Assembly (NCBI GenBank): GCA_965222075.1
Contig: OZ244937.1
Span: forward strand, 4,768,001-4,832,000
Length of the DNA stretch: 64,000 bases
From: Candidatus Latescibacterota bacterium
GTDB taxonomy: Bacteria > Latescibacterota > UBA2968 > GCA-2709665
Direction of reading: 5' to 3'
The position numbers and the translations under genes were made by a program. The notes below the pieces were generated by a model that was not told the DNA's origin, made no database searches, and saw nothing but the letters and a program-made list of their open reading frames with translations. Numbering within the stretch: the first letter of the stretch is position 1; each line of letters begins with the position of its first letter. This document shows, piece by piece, positions 9,359-16,980 of this stretch.

Positions 9359-9707
9359 TTATTTTGTCTTAACGTCCGCCTCAACCCGCTGTGTGCCCCT
9401 GCGCTGGGCGTTGATCGTGGCCTTCAGATGGTCGATCATCTCCGATGCCTGACGCTTGTCGGGCGCTTCACCCAAGAATGCCTCCACCTTGATACGCGTT
9501 TCTTCACCCAGCAGATGGCTCTGCCCCAGCCTTCGAACAAGCTCAATCTGTTCCCGCGATGCCTGCCTGTGCGCTTGCCTGCGCGCTGCGCCTGCCTTGC
9601 CGCCTGCGCCTGCCTGCGCCGAGTTCTGCTCGAGGCAGGCAGGCCGGATGCTCGGCAGGCAGGCAGGTCCGCAGGACAGGCAGGTCGATTGTCCTGGCCA
9701 TGGTCAT
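9359..9707 (-). pseudogene. Small (about 76 aa) hypothetical gene frameshifted by a palindromic insertion
   Basis: RBS AGAGGAG plus MTMARTIDL (9707-9681) and ASREQIELVRRL...ASEMIDHLKA...KTK* (9562-9359) join in frame if 118 bp are removed. Confidence 0.65.
9562..9684. repeat. Nested CCTGCCTG/CAGGCAGG palindromic (REP/MITE-like) element
   Basis: 9-bp terminal IR CCTGCCTGT/ACAGGCAGG; 9646-9664 is the exact 19-nt reverse complement of 3168-3186. Confidence 0.8.
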
Positions 9708-9798
9708 CTCTCCTCTGCATTACGGAAACCCGGTGATACTCCGGTGGCCTTCATCACCGAGAACTTGTTAATTTTTAACACCCTGCTATTCTCCACCC

Positions 9799-10092
9799 TC
9801 AATTCTTTCTCTCTCCCAGACTCCGCACAACCCGCAACCAGGCCGTCTCATACTCCGCAAGCGCAGCCTGCCAGGCCGCCTGGTCTCCCACGCCGTGCTG
9901 GAAGTCCAGCGCCCGGGCATCCACGGTCTGCTCAGCAGCCTCCACCCAAGCCAGTACGTCTGGTTCGAGAGCACCTAAGGGGAGACCCTTAGCCTCTCCC
10001 TGAATCCGCTCGACCACCTGCCGGAATTCCTCACTCAGGTGGGTCACAACGGCCTCGCTTCTCACCCGGTTCGACTGTAACATATCTGACAT
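9799..10092 (-). CDS. Hypothetical helical protein, 97 aa
   Basis: AAGGAGG RBS before MSDMLQ; amphipathic helical sequence. Confidence 0.65.
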   Translation of the reverse strand: MSDMLQSNRVRSEAVVTHLSEEFRQVVERIQGEAKGLPLGALEPDVLAWVEAAEQTVDARALDFQHGVGDQAAWQAALAEYETAWLRVVRSLGERKN

Positions 10093-10216
10093 ACCCGCCC
10101 TCCTTACCTGAGGTGGCACACCGAAACATAGGGTCGGATCCAATCTCCTGTACACCTGAAAACGGGTAGCACTGGGGCTTCCTTTGTGCTATTAAAAATC
10201 ACATATCACGCACCTA

Positions 10217-10245
10217 AAAATACTAAACAAAAGGGCAGATGTCAA
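10217..10245 (-). promoter_or_regulatory. Sigma70-type promoter for the small-gene operon
   Basis: TTGACA-17 bp-TATTTT on minus in an AT-rich gap. Confidence 0.55.
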
Positions 10246-10574
10246 GAGACTTTTTACAGTTTAATGGAAAACAGTTAAATAACTTTAAAATTTAAAAATC
10301 AGAAGGTTATATAACGTTCCCATTTCCTTACAAACACGTGCCGCTGTCCTGGCCTTCGACACAGCCCAAAGCGCCTTCCAAAATCTCTTTACATGGGGAC
10401 TTTTATACCCTATATTGCACAGAAATAGCAATACTGTGAACACTTTTTGGTAAGTTCTTAACGGCTGAAAATGGTAAGTCGTTACAATACAAGCCTGTTT
10501 GAAATCAGCCGTTTTTTTATTGAAATAGAGAACCAGCGTAAAAACCGGCATCAACTCTTTAAAGGAGGGCTGCA

Positions 10575-11399
10575 ATGGGAAACATGGAAGTCGGCGTTAT
10601 GATGAGCGTGGGGTGGAGCCTTGATCAGCTCAAACAGATCCGGGACCTGGGGTTTACCAATGTCCAGATCGCCGCCCCGCCCGAGGATGTCCTGCAGGAT
10701 CAGGTCAACCGCCAGGCCCTGATTGATGACCTCAAGGCCGTCGGCATCGACATCACCACCCTCTTTGTCGGCTTTTCTGGGGAAAGTTACGCCGATATCC
10801 CCACCGTTGTGGAGACGGTGGGCTACCTCAACCCGGCAACGCGGGATGAACGGGTGAAAAAGACCGAGTTGATCTCCGATTTCGCCAAAGCGCTTGGCGT
10901 AGACAAGGTGGCCGCCCATGTCGGCTTTGTCCCGGAAGCATCCGACGATCCCGACTACCCCCCTATGGTGGATACCGTGGGACGGGTGGCCGACTATTGC
11001 GGGCAAAATGGGCAGATGTTCTCCTTAGAAACGGGCCAGGAGACGGCTCCTGCGCTCCTCAGCTTCCTCAAAGACCTTAACCGCGACAATGTGAAGGTCA
11101 ACTTCGATCCGGCCAATATGATCCTCTATGGCAGTGGCGAACCGATTGAAGCCCTGGGTATTGTGGGTGAATATGTGGTCAGCGCCCATGCCAAAGACGG
11201 AAAATGGCCTACAGGAAGTGGCCAACTCGGCACTGAATACCCTCTCGGCCAGGGAGATGTGGGCATCGACCGTTTTGTGGCCAAACTCAAAGAGATCGGG
11301 TATGACGGCCCCATCACCATTGAGCGGGAAATCCCCGACTGGGAACAGAAGATGAACGATCTGGTGGAAGCCAAGAAACTCTTGAAAAGCTTAATATAA
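10575..11399 (+). CDS. Sugar phosphate isomerase/epimerase (xylose-isomerase-like TIM barrel)
   Basis: LETGQE, NFDPANMILYG, HAKD, GxG and TIERE motifs; GGAGG RBS. Confidence 0.9.
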   Translation: MGNMEVGVMMSVGWSLDQLKQIRDLGFTNVQIAAPPEDVLQDQVNRQALIDDLKAVGIDITTLFVGFSGESYADIPTVVETVGYLNPATRDERVKKTELISDFAKALGVDKVAAHVGFVPEASDDPDYPPMVDTVGRVADYCGQNGQMFSLETGQETAPALLSFLKDLNRDNVKVNFDPANMILYGSGEPIEALGIVGEYVVSAHAKDGKWPTGSGQLGTEYPLGQGDVGIDRFVAKLKEIGYDGPITIEREIPDWEQKMNDLVEAKKLLKSLI

Positions 11400-11409
11400 A
11401 CAGAGGATT

Positions 11410-11446
11410 AAAAAAAAAGCCCGGCGGTCGGTTTGGCCGCCGGGCC
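11410..11446 (-). terminator. Terminator hairpin oriented for minus-strand transcripts (may be bidirectional)
   Basis: GCCCGGCGG/CCGCCGGGC stem with A9 on the left only. Confidence 0.65.
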
Positions 11447-11468
11447 CTATCTGTCTACAATGAGTCTC

Positions 11469-11548
11469 AAAAACACGCCCTTCCCCACCTGGAGACCTTT
11501 TGGCGGGAGGGAGTCCAAAAGGACATCTTTTGGGGAAAGGGCGTATCT
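11469..11548 (-). ncRNA. Candidate sRNA B (long hairpin with C-rich loop)
   Basis: TATAAT at 11554-11559, stems 11473-87/11531-46 and 11496-503/11515-22, U5 tail. Confidence 0.4.
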
Positions 11549-11603
11549 ATAGAATTATACGCCCCAATACAGCATAGGGTTTCAAGGGTTTTGGGCAAGA
11601 TGG

Positions 11604-11676
11604 AAAAAAGTAAGGGATCCTCGTCCATCCCACCCCTGCATGTTCGAGGATCCCAATTGGGCTATCCCATAGCCCT
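11604..11676 (-). ncRNA. Candidate sRNA A (two hairpins)
   Basis: Promoter directly upstream; GGGCTAT/ATAGCCC and GGGATCCTCG/CGAGGATCCC stems, U6 tail. Confidence 0.45.
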
Positions 11677-11682
11677 ATGCGC

Positions 11683-11711
11683 AATATACCATGCCTCATC
11701 CTGTTTGTCAA
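11683..11711 (-). promoter_or_regulatory. Strong sigma70-type promoter with no downstream ORF
   Basis: TTGACA-17 bp-TATATT with extended TG. Confidence 0.6.
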
Positions 11712-11773
11712 CAGGGATTTCGGCGCCTGGCCGTTCTTCTTTGCCCCTTTCCTCACCTCTCAAAAACAGAAAA

Positions 11774-11848
11774 TGGTGACCCCGAGGGGAGTCGAACCCC
11801 CGTTGCCGGGTCGAAAACCCGGTGTCCTAACCACTGAACGACGGGGTC
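11774..11848 (-). tRNA. tRNA-Glu (TTC)
   Basis: Cloverleaf GACCCCG...CGGGGTC ACCA; anticodon arm CCGGG-TT TTC GA-CCCGG. Confidence 0.95.
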
Positions 11849-12188
11849 ACTTACCCTGTAAAAAAACGCCACACCACCTTCTGCCAACAGTCGCCGGAAA
11901 TATATAATAAACCCCCAGTTGAAGCAAGCTTGAAATGAAGATCGCTCTACCATAAGGATTTTCCACAGGCATCGCTCCTCGCCAGGTTTCTTGACAACCG
12001 CTCGCCAACAGCCCGGCAACCGGTAAACGGACACCTGGATGCTAACAAGTAACTTGACTTTTGCAAACAATTTATGTTTATTTCTGGAGCAATTTTCGGC
12101 AACAAACACAAGTCTTTCTTCCCGGACAATAATGTATAAGAAAGAAAGTCGGATCTTATTCGACTTGCCCCTCACAGCCGATTTCAGT

Positions 12189-12265
12189 GGGCGATTAGCT
12201 CAGCTGGTTAGAGTGCTGGTTTCACATACCAGAGGTCACTGGTTCGAGTCCAGTATCGCCCACCA
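12189..12265 (+). tRNA. tRNA-Val (CAC)
   Basis: Cloverleaf GGGCGAT...ATCGCCC ACCA; anticodon arm CTGGT-TT CAC AT-ACCAG. Confidence 0.95.
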
Positions 12266-12346
12266 CCTCTTCTCCCTATCCGGTCCGAGCGGGCGTTGTC
12301 TGCCGCGGGGGACGGCAGGAAAACAAAGTATCTGTATTCAATAGCG

Positions 12347-12385
12347 GAAAGGTGCATCTGAAAAAAGATGCACCTTTCTTCTTTA
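12347..12385 (+). terminator. Terminator downstream of tRNA-Val
   Basis: GAAAGGTGCATCT/AGATGCACCTTTC perfect stem with T-rich tail. Confidence 0.65.
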
Positions 12386-12528
12386 CTCTACTGGGCAATA
12401 TGGTGAACAGTTTTTGGAAGAGATGTTGACAAAAAAGTGCTGTTCCCGCAGATCAGGTATCTTAAACCACCAAACCATTGCTGAGTGTAGGTTCGTGTTG
12501 ATATCCTTAATCCGACGAGAGACCGCCG

Positions 12529-13242
12529 ATGAAAGAGAGCCTGTTCAGATTGTTAGATCTCCAACAGATTGATGCAGAGATCGATTCCTTCAAACGATCT
12601 CAAAAGGATTATCCGAAGGAAATCATCAGGCTTGAGCGTGAACTGGAAATAGCCAGCCAGCAGATACAAGAAAAACGGAACCGATCGAAAGAACTGGAGA
12701 AAAGTCGGCGGCTCCTGGAAGGGGAGTTAGAGGGGATCAATGCAGATCTGAAAAAGCATCAGGACCGCCTCTACGAAGTCAAAACCAACCGGGAATACGA
12801 TGCCCTGCAGCACGAAATTGAGGCCCTCCGAGGTCGTGTTGATGAGAACGAAACGGGTATCCTGGAAGGCATCGAACAATACGAAGACCTGGAGGCGAAG
12901 CTGGAGGAAGACGAGGCGAATTACAAAGAGATGGAAGAGGAAAGCCGCGCCAAAATCCAGGACCTCAAATCTCAGGTGGATTCCGTTGAAGAGAATGTCA
13001 AGGCCTGGGAAGCCAAACGGGCTGTGGTGGAAACCCAGATTGAACGCCCGGCGCTGTCCATTTACAACCGCATTCGCAACATGGTAAAAGGAGGGGTTGC
13101 AGTGGTCCAGGTAGAAAAGGGCTCCTGCGGAGGGTGTTTCAGGCAGCTCGCTCCTCAGCGAAGGGTGGAAGCCCGCCGCCAGGATCGGATTATCCGTTGC
13201 GAAAACTGTGGACGCATCTTAATCTGGAAGGATGAGGTGTAG
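12529..13242 (+). CDS. Coiled-coil protein with C4 zinc ribbon (DUF164 type)
   Basis: LLDLQQID start, KTNREYDAL, CGGC...CENCGRIL. Confidence 0.92.
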   Translation: MKESLFRLLDLQQIDAEIDSFKRSQKDYPKEIIRLERELEIASQQIQEKRNRSKELEKSRRLLEGELEGINADLKKHQDRLYEVKTNREYDALQHEIEALRGRVDENETGILEGIEQYEDLEAKLEEDEANYKEMEEESRAKIQDLKSQVDSVEENVKAWEAKRAVVETQIERPALSIYNRIRNMVKGGVAVVQVEKGSCGGCFRQLAPQRRVEARRQDRIIRCENCGRILIWKDEV

Positions 13243-13244
13243 GG

Positions 13245-13745
13245 GTGTTCTTGCAGGAAGCAGGCAAAGCCACCCTCTATGTGGACGGTGCGGCCAAGGG
13301 GAATCCGGGCCCGGCCGGAATCGGTGTGCGGGTGGAAGCGGGCGGAGAACTGGTGGTGGAATTTTGTGACTACATCGGCCAGACCACCAACAACGCAGCC
13401 GAGTATCGGGCCCTCATCCAGGGACTTCAAATGGTGCGAGAAGTGGGCGCAACAGGAGTCCAAGTCATCTCCGACAGTGAACTCATGGTGAGGCAGTTAA
13501 ACGGCGATTATCGGGTAAAAAGTCCCTCCCTCCTGCCGCTTTACCAGGAGGCCCAACAACTCGCCCAAACATTCAACAGCTTCCAGATCCGCCACGTACC
13601 CCGTTCAGAGAATCGGGAAGCCGATCGGCTGGCCAACAGGGGTATTCTAAGAGGAAAAACAAAAGGAGAAACGGCAAGTGGGCCGGATGGCCGCGCCCAA
13701 CAGGGTGAGGAAAGTCCGAGCTCCACAGGGCAGGGTGCTGGGTAA
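13245..13745 (+). CDS. rnhA: Ribonuclease HI family protein
   Basis: DGAAKGNPGPAG, TNNAAEY, SDSELMVRQ, HVPRSENREADRLAN. Confidence 0.92.
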   Translation: MFLQEAGKATLYVDGAAKGNPGPAGIGVRVEAGGELVVEFCDYIGQTTNNAAEYRALIQGLQMVREVGATGVQVISDSELMVRQLNGDYRVKSPSLLPLYQEAQQLAQTFNSFQIRHVPRSENREADRLANRGILRGKTKGETASGPDGRAQQGEESPSSTGQGAG

Positions 13746-14052
13746 CGCCCAGGCGGGGTAACCCGACGGAAAGTGCCACAGAGAACAGACCGCCAGCGGG
13801 CGGAACCTCAGGTTCCGCTGCGGGCAAGGGTGAAACGGGGGGGTAAGAGCCCACCGCGCTCCCGGTGACGGGGGCGGCACGGCAAACCCCATCCGGAGCA
13901 AGGCCTAATAGGAGCGGAGAGGTGGCCCGTCTCGCAACAACGCTCGGGTTGGCTGCATTGAGGTACCGGGTAACCGGTACCCCAGATAAATGGCCATCCG
14001 TCCGGTGTTTTGGCACCAGACGACAGAACTCGGCTTACAGGCCCGCTTGCCG
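13672..14052 (+). ncRNA. rnpB: RNase P RNA (type A)
   Basis: GAGGAAAGTCCG, GAAAGTGCCACAG, GGTAAGAGC, ACAGAACTCGGCTTA; P1 CGGCAAGTGGGCC/GGCCCGCTTGCCG. Confidence 0.97.
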
Positions 14053-14126
14053 ATTAAATCGTCCTGCGGCGGACTCAAAGAAAGGGTCCGCCGTCTCCAT
14101 ATCCACACCCTGCCAGGAAAAAACAG

Positions 14127-14963
14127 ATGGGCTTTCTTGAGAAACTGAACGGTGCGGTCAAACGCAACCAAAGCCTGGTCTGCGTCGGCCTCGACCCGGA
14201 CCCACAGCGCCTGCCCGCGCACCTCAAAGGGGGTCCCGATTCGGTGCAGGCCTTCCTTCGGGAAACCATCCACGCCACCCGCGATCTGGTCTGCTGCTAC
14301 AAGCTTAACTTCGCCTTCTACGGCGCCCTGGGAGCGGCCGGTTGGAACATCCTAAGAGAGGGGATGCAGGCCATCCCAGACGACCTTCCCACCATCCTGG
14401 ACTTCAAGGCCGGAGACATCGGAAACACCGCAGAACACTATGCCTGCATGGCCTACGACCGGTTGAATGCCGATGCCACAACCGTCAACCCCTTAATGGG
14501 CCGGGACGCCGTGGAACCCTTTCTCAACTACACCGATCGGTGCGCCTTTCTCCTCTGCCTCACCTCCAACCCCGGATCGGCCGATTTTCAACGCCTTGCC
14601 ACAGAAGAGGACATTTTATACAAAGTCCTGGCCAAAAAGGCCGTTGTCTGGTCTGCGATCGGCCCCTGCGGGCTGGTGGTGGGCGCTACCCACCCCAATG
14701 AACTGCGTGTGATACGGGAACTGGCGCCCGACCTGCCCTTTCTTATCCCTGGGGTCAACACCCAGGGTGGAGACGCAAAATCCGTCGTTCAGCACGGAAT
14801 GGACGGCAGCAGCGGCGGCATCCTGGTCAATGCCTCCCGAAGCATCCTCTACGCCTCCGGCGGCCGAGACTACGCCGATGCCGCACGCCTTGCCACAGAG
14901 GCCCTGAGGAAGGCCCTGAACCAGGCCGTCGAACCGGTGTCTGAACCCCAGCTCAGGGGGTGA
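14127..14963 (+). CDS. pyrF: Orotidine-5'-phosphate decarboxylase
   Basis: CVGLDP, DFKAGDIGNT, TSNPGS, VVGAT, NASRSI. Confidence 0.95.
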   Translation: MGFLEKLNGAVKRNQSLVCVGLDPDPQRLPAHLKGGPDSVQAFLRETIHATRDLVCCYKLNFAFYGALGAAGWNILREGMQAIPDDLPTILDFKAGDIGNTAEHYACMAYDRLNADATTVNPLMGRDAVEPFLNYTDRCAFLLCLTSNPGSADFQRLATEEDILYKVLAKKAVVWSAIGPCGLVVGATHPNELRVIRELAPDLPFLIPGVNTQGGDAKSVVQHGMDGSSGGILVNASRSILYASGGRDYADAARLATEALRKALNQAVEPVSEPQLRG

Positions 14964-14969
14964 TCCGCC

Positions 14970-15965
14970 ATGCCCGCAAACCTCCCCCCCCAATACCTGC
15001 GTGTCAAGCAGCGTTACAGCGAAGCCGCCACGCCTGAAGAGAAAATCGAGTGCCTCCAGGAGATGCTCGCGATCATCCCCAAACACAAGGGCACGGAGCA
15101 CCTCCGGACCGACCTGCGCAAGCGCCTGGTGACCCACCGCAAGGAGGTGCAGCAGGCAAAAAAAAAGGGCGCGCGGACCTCGCAGTCGCTCGATCACATC
15201 GAAAAGGAGGGCGCGGGACAGGCCGTACTCGTCGGCGCCTCCAACACCGGAAAGTCGAGCATCGTCGCGGCCTCTACCGCCGCTGGTGTGCGGGTTGCCG
15301 ACTACCCCTTCTCCACTTTCCGCCCTGCCCCCGGCATGATGGCCTATGAAGATGTCCAAGTCCAGCTCATCGACCTGCCCCCTGTCTGCCGGGACTACAC
15401 CGAATCCTGGGTCTTCAACGTCATCCGCAACGCCGACCTGGTCCTCCTCACCGTCGACCTCTCCCAGCCCGACCCGGAAGAACAGGTCCTCGACCTCACT
15501 GAAATCCTCGAAGTTCACCACTTGATGCTCGCCGGCAGCCGGGACGTGTCCAGCCCCAATCTCTCGACCGCGGTAAAACCCACCCTCATCCTGGCCACCA
15601 AACAGGACACCCCCGCTGCGGCAGCCGGCCTGGCCTCCCTGCGCGAGGCCTACGCCGACGAATTCCCGATCTTTCCCCTGTCCGTAAAATCGGAACAGCA
15701 CCTCAAACAGATGTCCCGCCGGGTATTCGAAGCCCTTGACCTCCTCCGGGTCTACACCAAAGCCCCCGGCAAAAAGCCCGACCTGGACCAGCCCTACGTC
15801 CTGCCGGTGGGCAGCACGGTCTTAGACGTGGCCGAAGCCATCCACAGAGATTTCGCCGAAAACCTGCGGTTTGCCCGCATCTGGGGCTCCGAAAAATACG
15901 ATGGCCAGCAGGTCAAACGGGACCACGTTGTCGAAGACCGTGACATCCTCGAAATCCATATCTAA
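14970..15965 (+). CDS. DRG/OBG-like GTP-binding protein with TGS domain
   Basis: MPANL, PKHKGTEHL, GASNTGKS, YPFST, DLPP, TKQD, C-terminal TGS domain. Confidence 0.9.
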   Translation: MPANLPPQYLRVKQRYSEAATPEEKIECLQEMLAIIPKHKGTEHLRTDLRKRLVTHRKEVQQAKKKGARTSQSLDHIEKEGAGQAVLVGASNTGKSSIVAASTAAGVRVADYPFSTFRPAPGMMAYEDVQVQLIDLPPVCRDYTESWVFNVIRNADLVLLTVDLSQPDPEEQVLDLTEILEVHHLMLAGSRDVSSPNLSTAVKPTLILATKQDTPAAAAGLASLREAYADEFPIFPLSVKSEQHLKQMSRRVFEALDLLRVYTKAPGKKPDLDQPYVLPVGSTVLDVAEAIHRDFAENLRFARIWGSEKYDGQQVKRDHVVEDRDILEIHI

Positions 15966-16016
15966 GCGGATTATCTTTCATTCCCAATTCGTAATCCACA
16001 TCAGGAGGCCCTCCGC

Positions 16017-16844
16017 ATGTCCACCCGCAAACTAACCGAAGAACAAAAACGCCAGTGGGCGACCGACGGCTATCTGGTATTGAAAGGGGCACTTTCAAAG
16101 ACAAAGGTCAAACGGCTCATCCGGGAAGTGGACCGGATCTACAGAAAGCATGCGAGACAGAACCCGGATGCGAACCTGAAAAACGGGATAAGCCGCAGAA
16201 ACGTCCTGCCCGAAAGCGACGCCTTCATAGACCTCATTGACCCCCCGGATACCTTCGATCTGGTGCTCGACCTGCTGGGCCCTTACATCCAGTTGAGCAT
16301 GGCCGAGGTCACCGTGCGTCCCCCCAACACCGACGCCAGTGGGTTCATCCACACCGACGGCGGACAGGCCCTGCGCCACATCCGCGTGACCGAAACAAGC
16401 TGGCCCCTCCAGCTCAAAATCCAGTACTTCCTCACCGACGTAAGCAGGCCGGACAGCGGAAATTTCGCCCTCTTCCCCGGCAGCCATCTGCGGCCCTACC
16501 CCGAAGACGAAACGCCCGTAGGCGTGGACACGCCGGGCGCCGTGCAGCTCTGCGCAAAAGCGGGAGACGCTGCGATCTTCCCCCACGCGCTCTGGCACGG
16601 CGCGTCCCCCAACCTCTCAAAGCGGACCCGAAAGACGCTGATCTACTGTTACAGCCAGATGTGCTTCCGCACCTTCGACTTCAACGGCCATTCCCCGGAC
16701 GTACTGGACCGTTGCACCCCCAGACAGCGCCGGCTCCTGGGAGATCTGGGAGGCGACTGGCGCCCGGGCGCCTACTTCTACGCGCCCCAGGACCAGGTTG
16801 AGGTTATCGAGGGGAAGAAAAAGAGAAGGCGAAAAAGAGCGTGA
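16017..16844 (+). CDS. Phytanoyl-CoA dioxygenase (PhyH) family protein
   Basis: DGYLV, HTD, PGSH, GDA, WHG facial-triad pattern. Confidence 0.9.
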   Translation: MSTRKLTEEQKRQWATDGYLVLKGALSKTKVKRLIREVDRIYRKHARQNPDANLKNGISRRNVLPESDAFIDLIDPPDTFDLVLDLLGPYIQLSMAEVTVRPPNTDASGFIHTDGGQALRHIRVTETSWPLQLKIQYFLTDVSRPDSGNFALFPGSHLRPYPEDETPVGVDTPGAVQLCAKAGDAAIFPHALWHGASPNLSKRTRKTLIYCYSQMCFRTFDFNGHSPDVLDRCTPRQRRLLGDLGGDWRPGAYFYAPQDQVEVIEGKKKRRRKRA

Positions 16845-16980
16845 GGGGGTGTATGAAGAAGCAACAGCGACGGATTATGCTGCGGCAAACCACACAGGAA
16901 AGCGAAGAATGATTGGAATTCATTTCGCATTTTCCTTTAGTCCCAAGCCCTTTTTTCTGGGAATATAGGCCCCTATTGCG

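Noticed and set aside
9715-9765. Fluoride-riboswitch-like GGTGATGAAGGCCACC...TAATG on minus
   Set aside because: The pseudoknot partner is missing and no fluoride-related gene follows.
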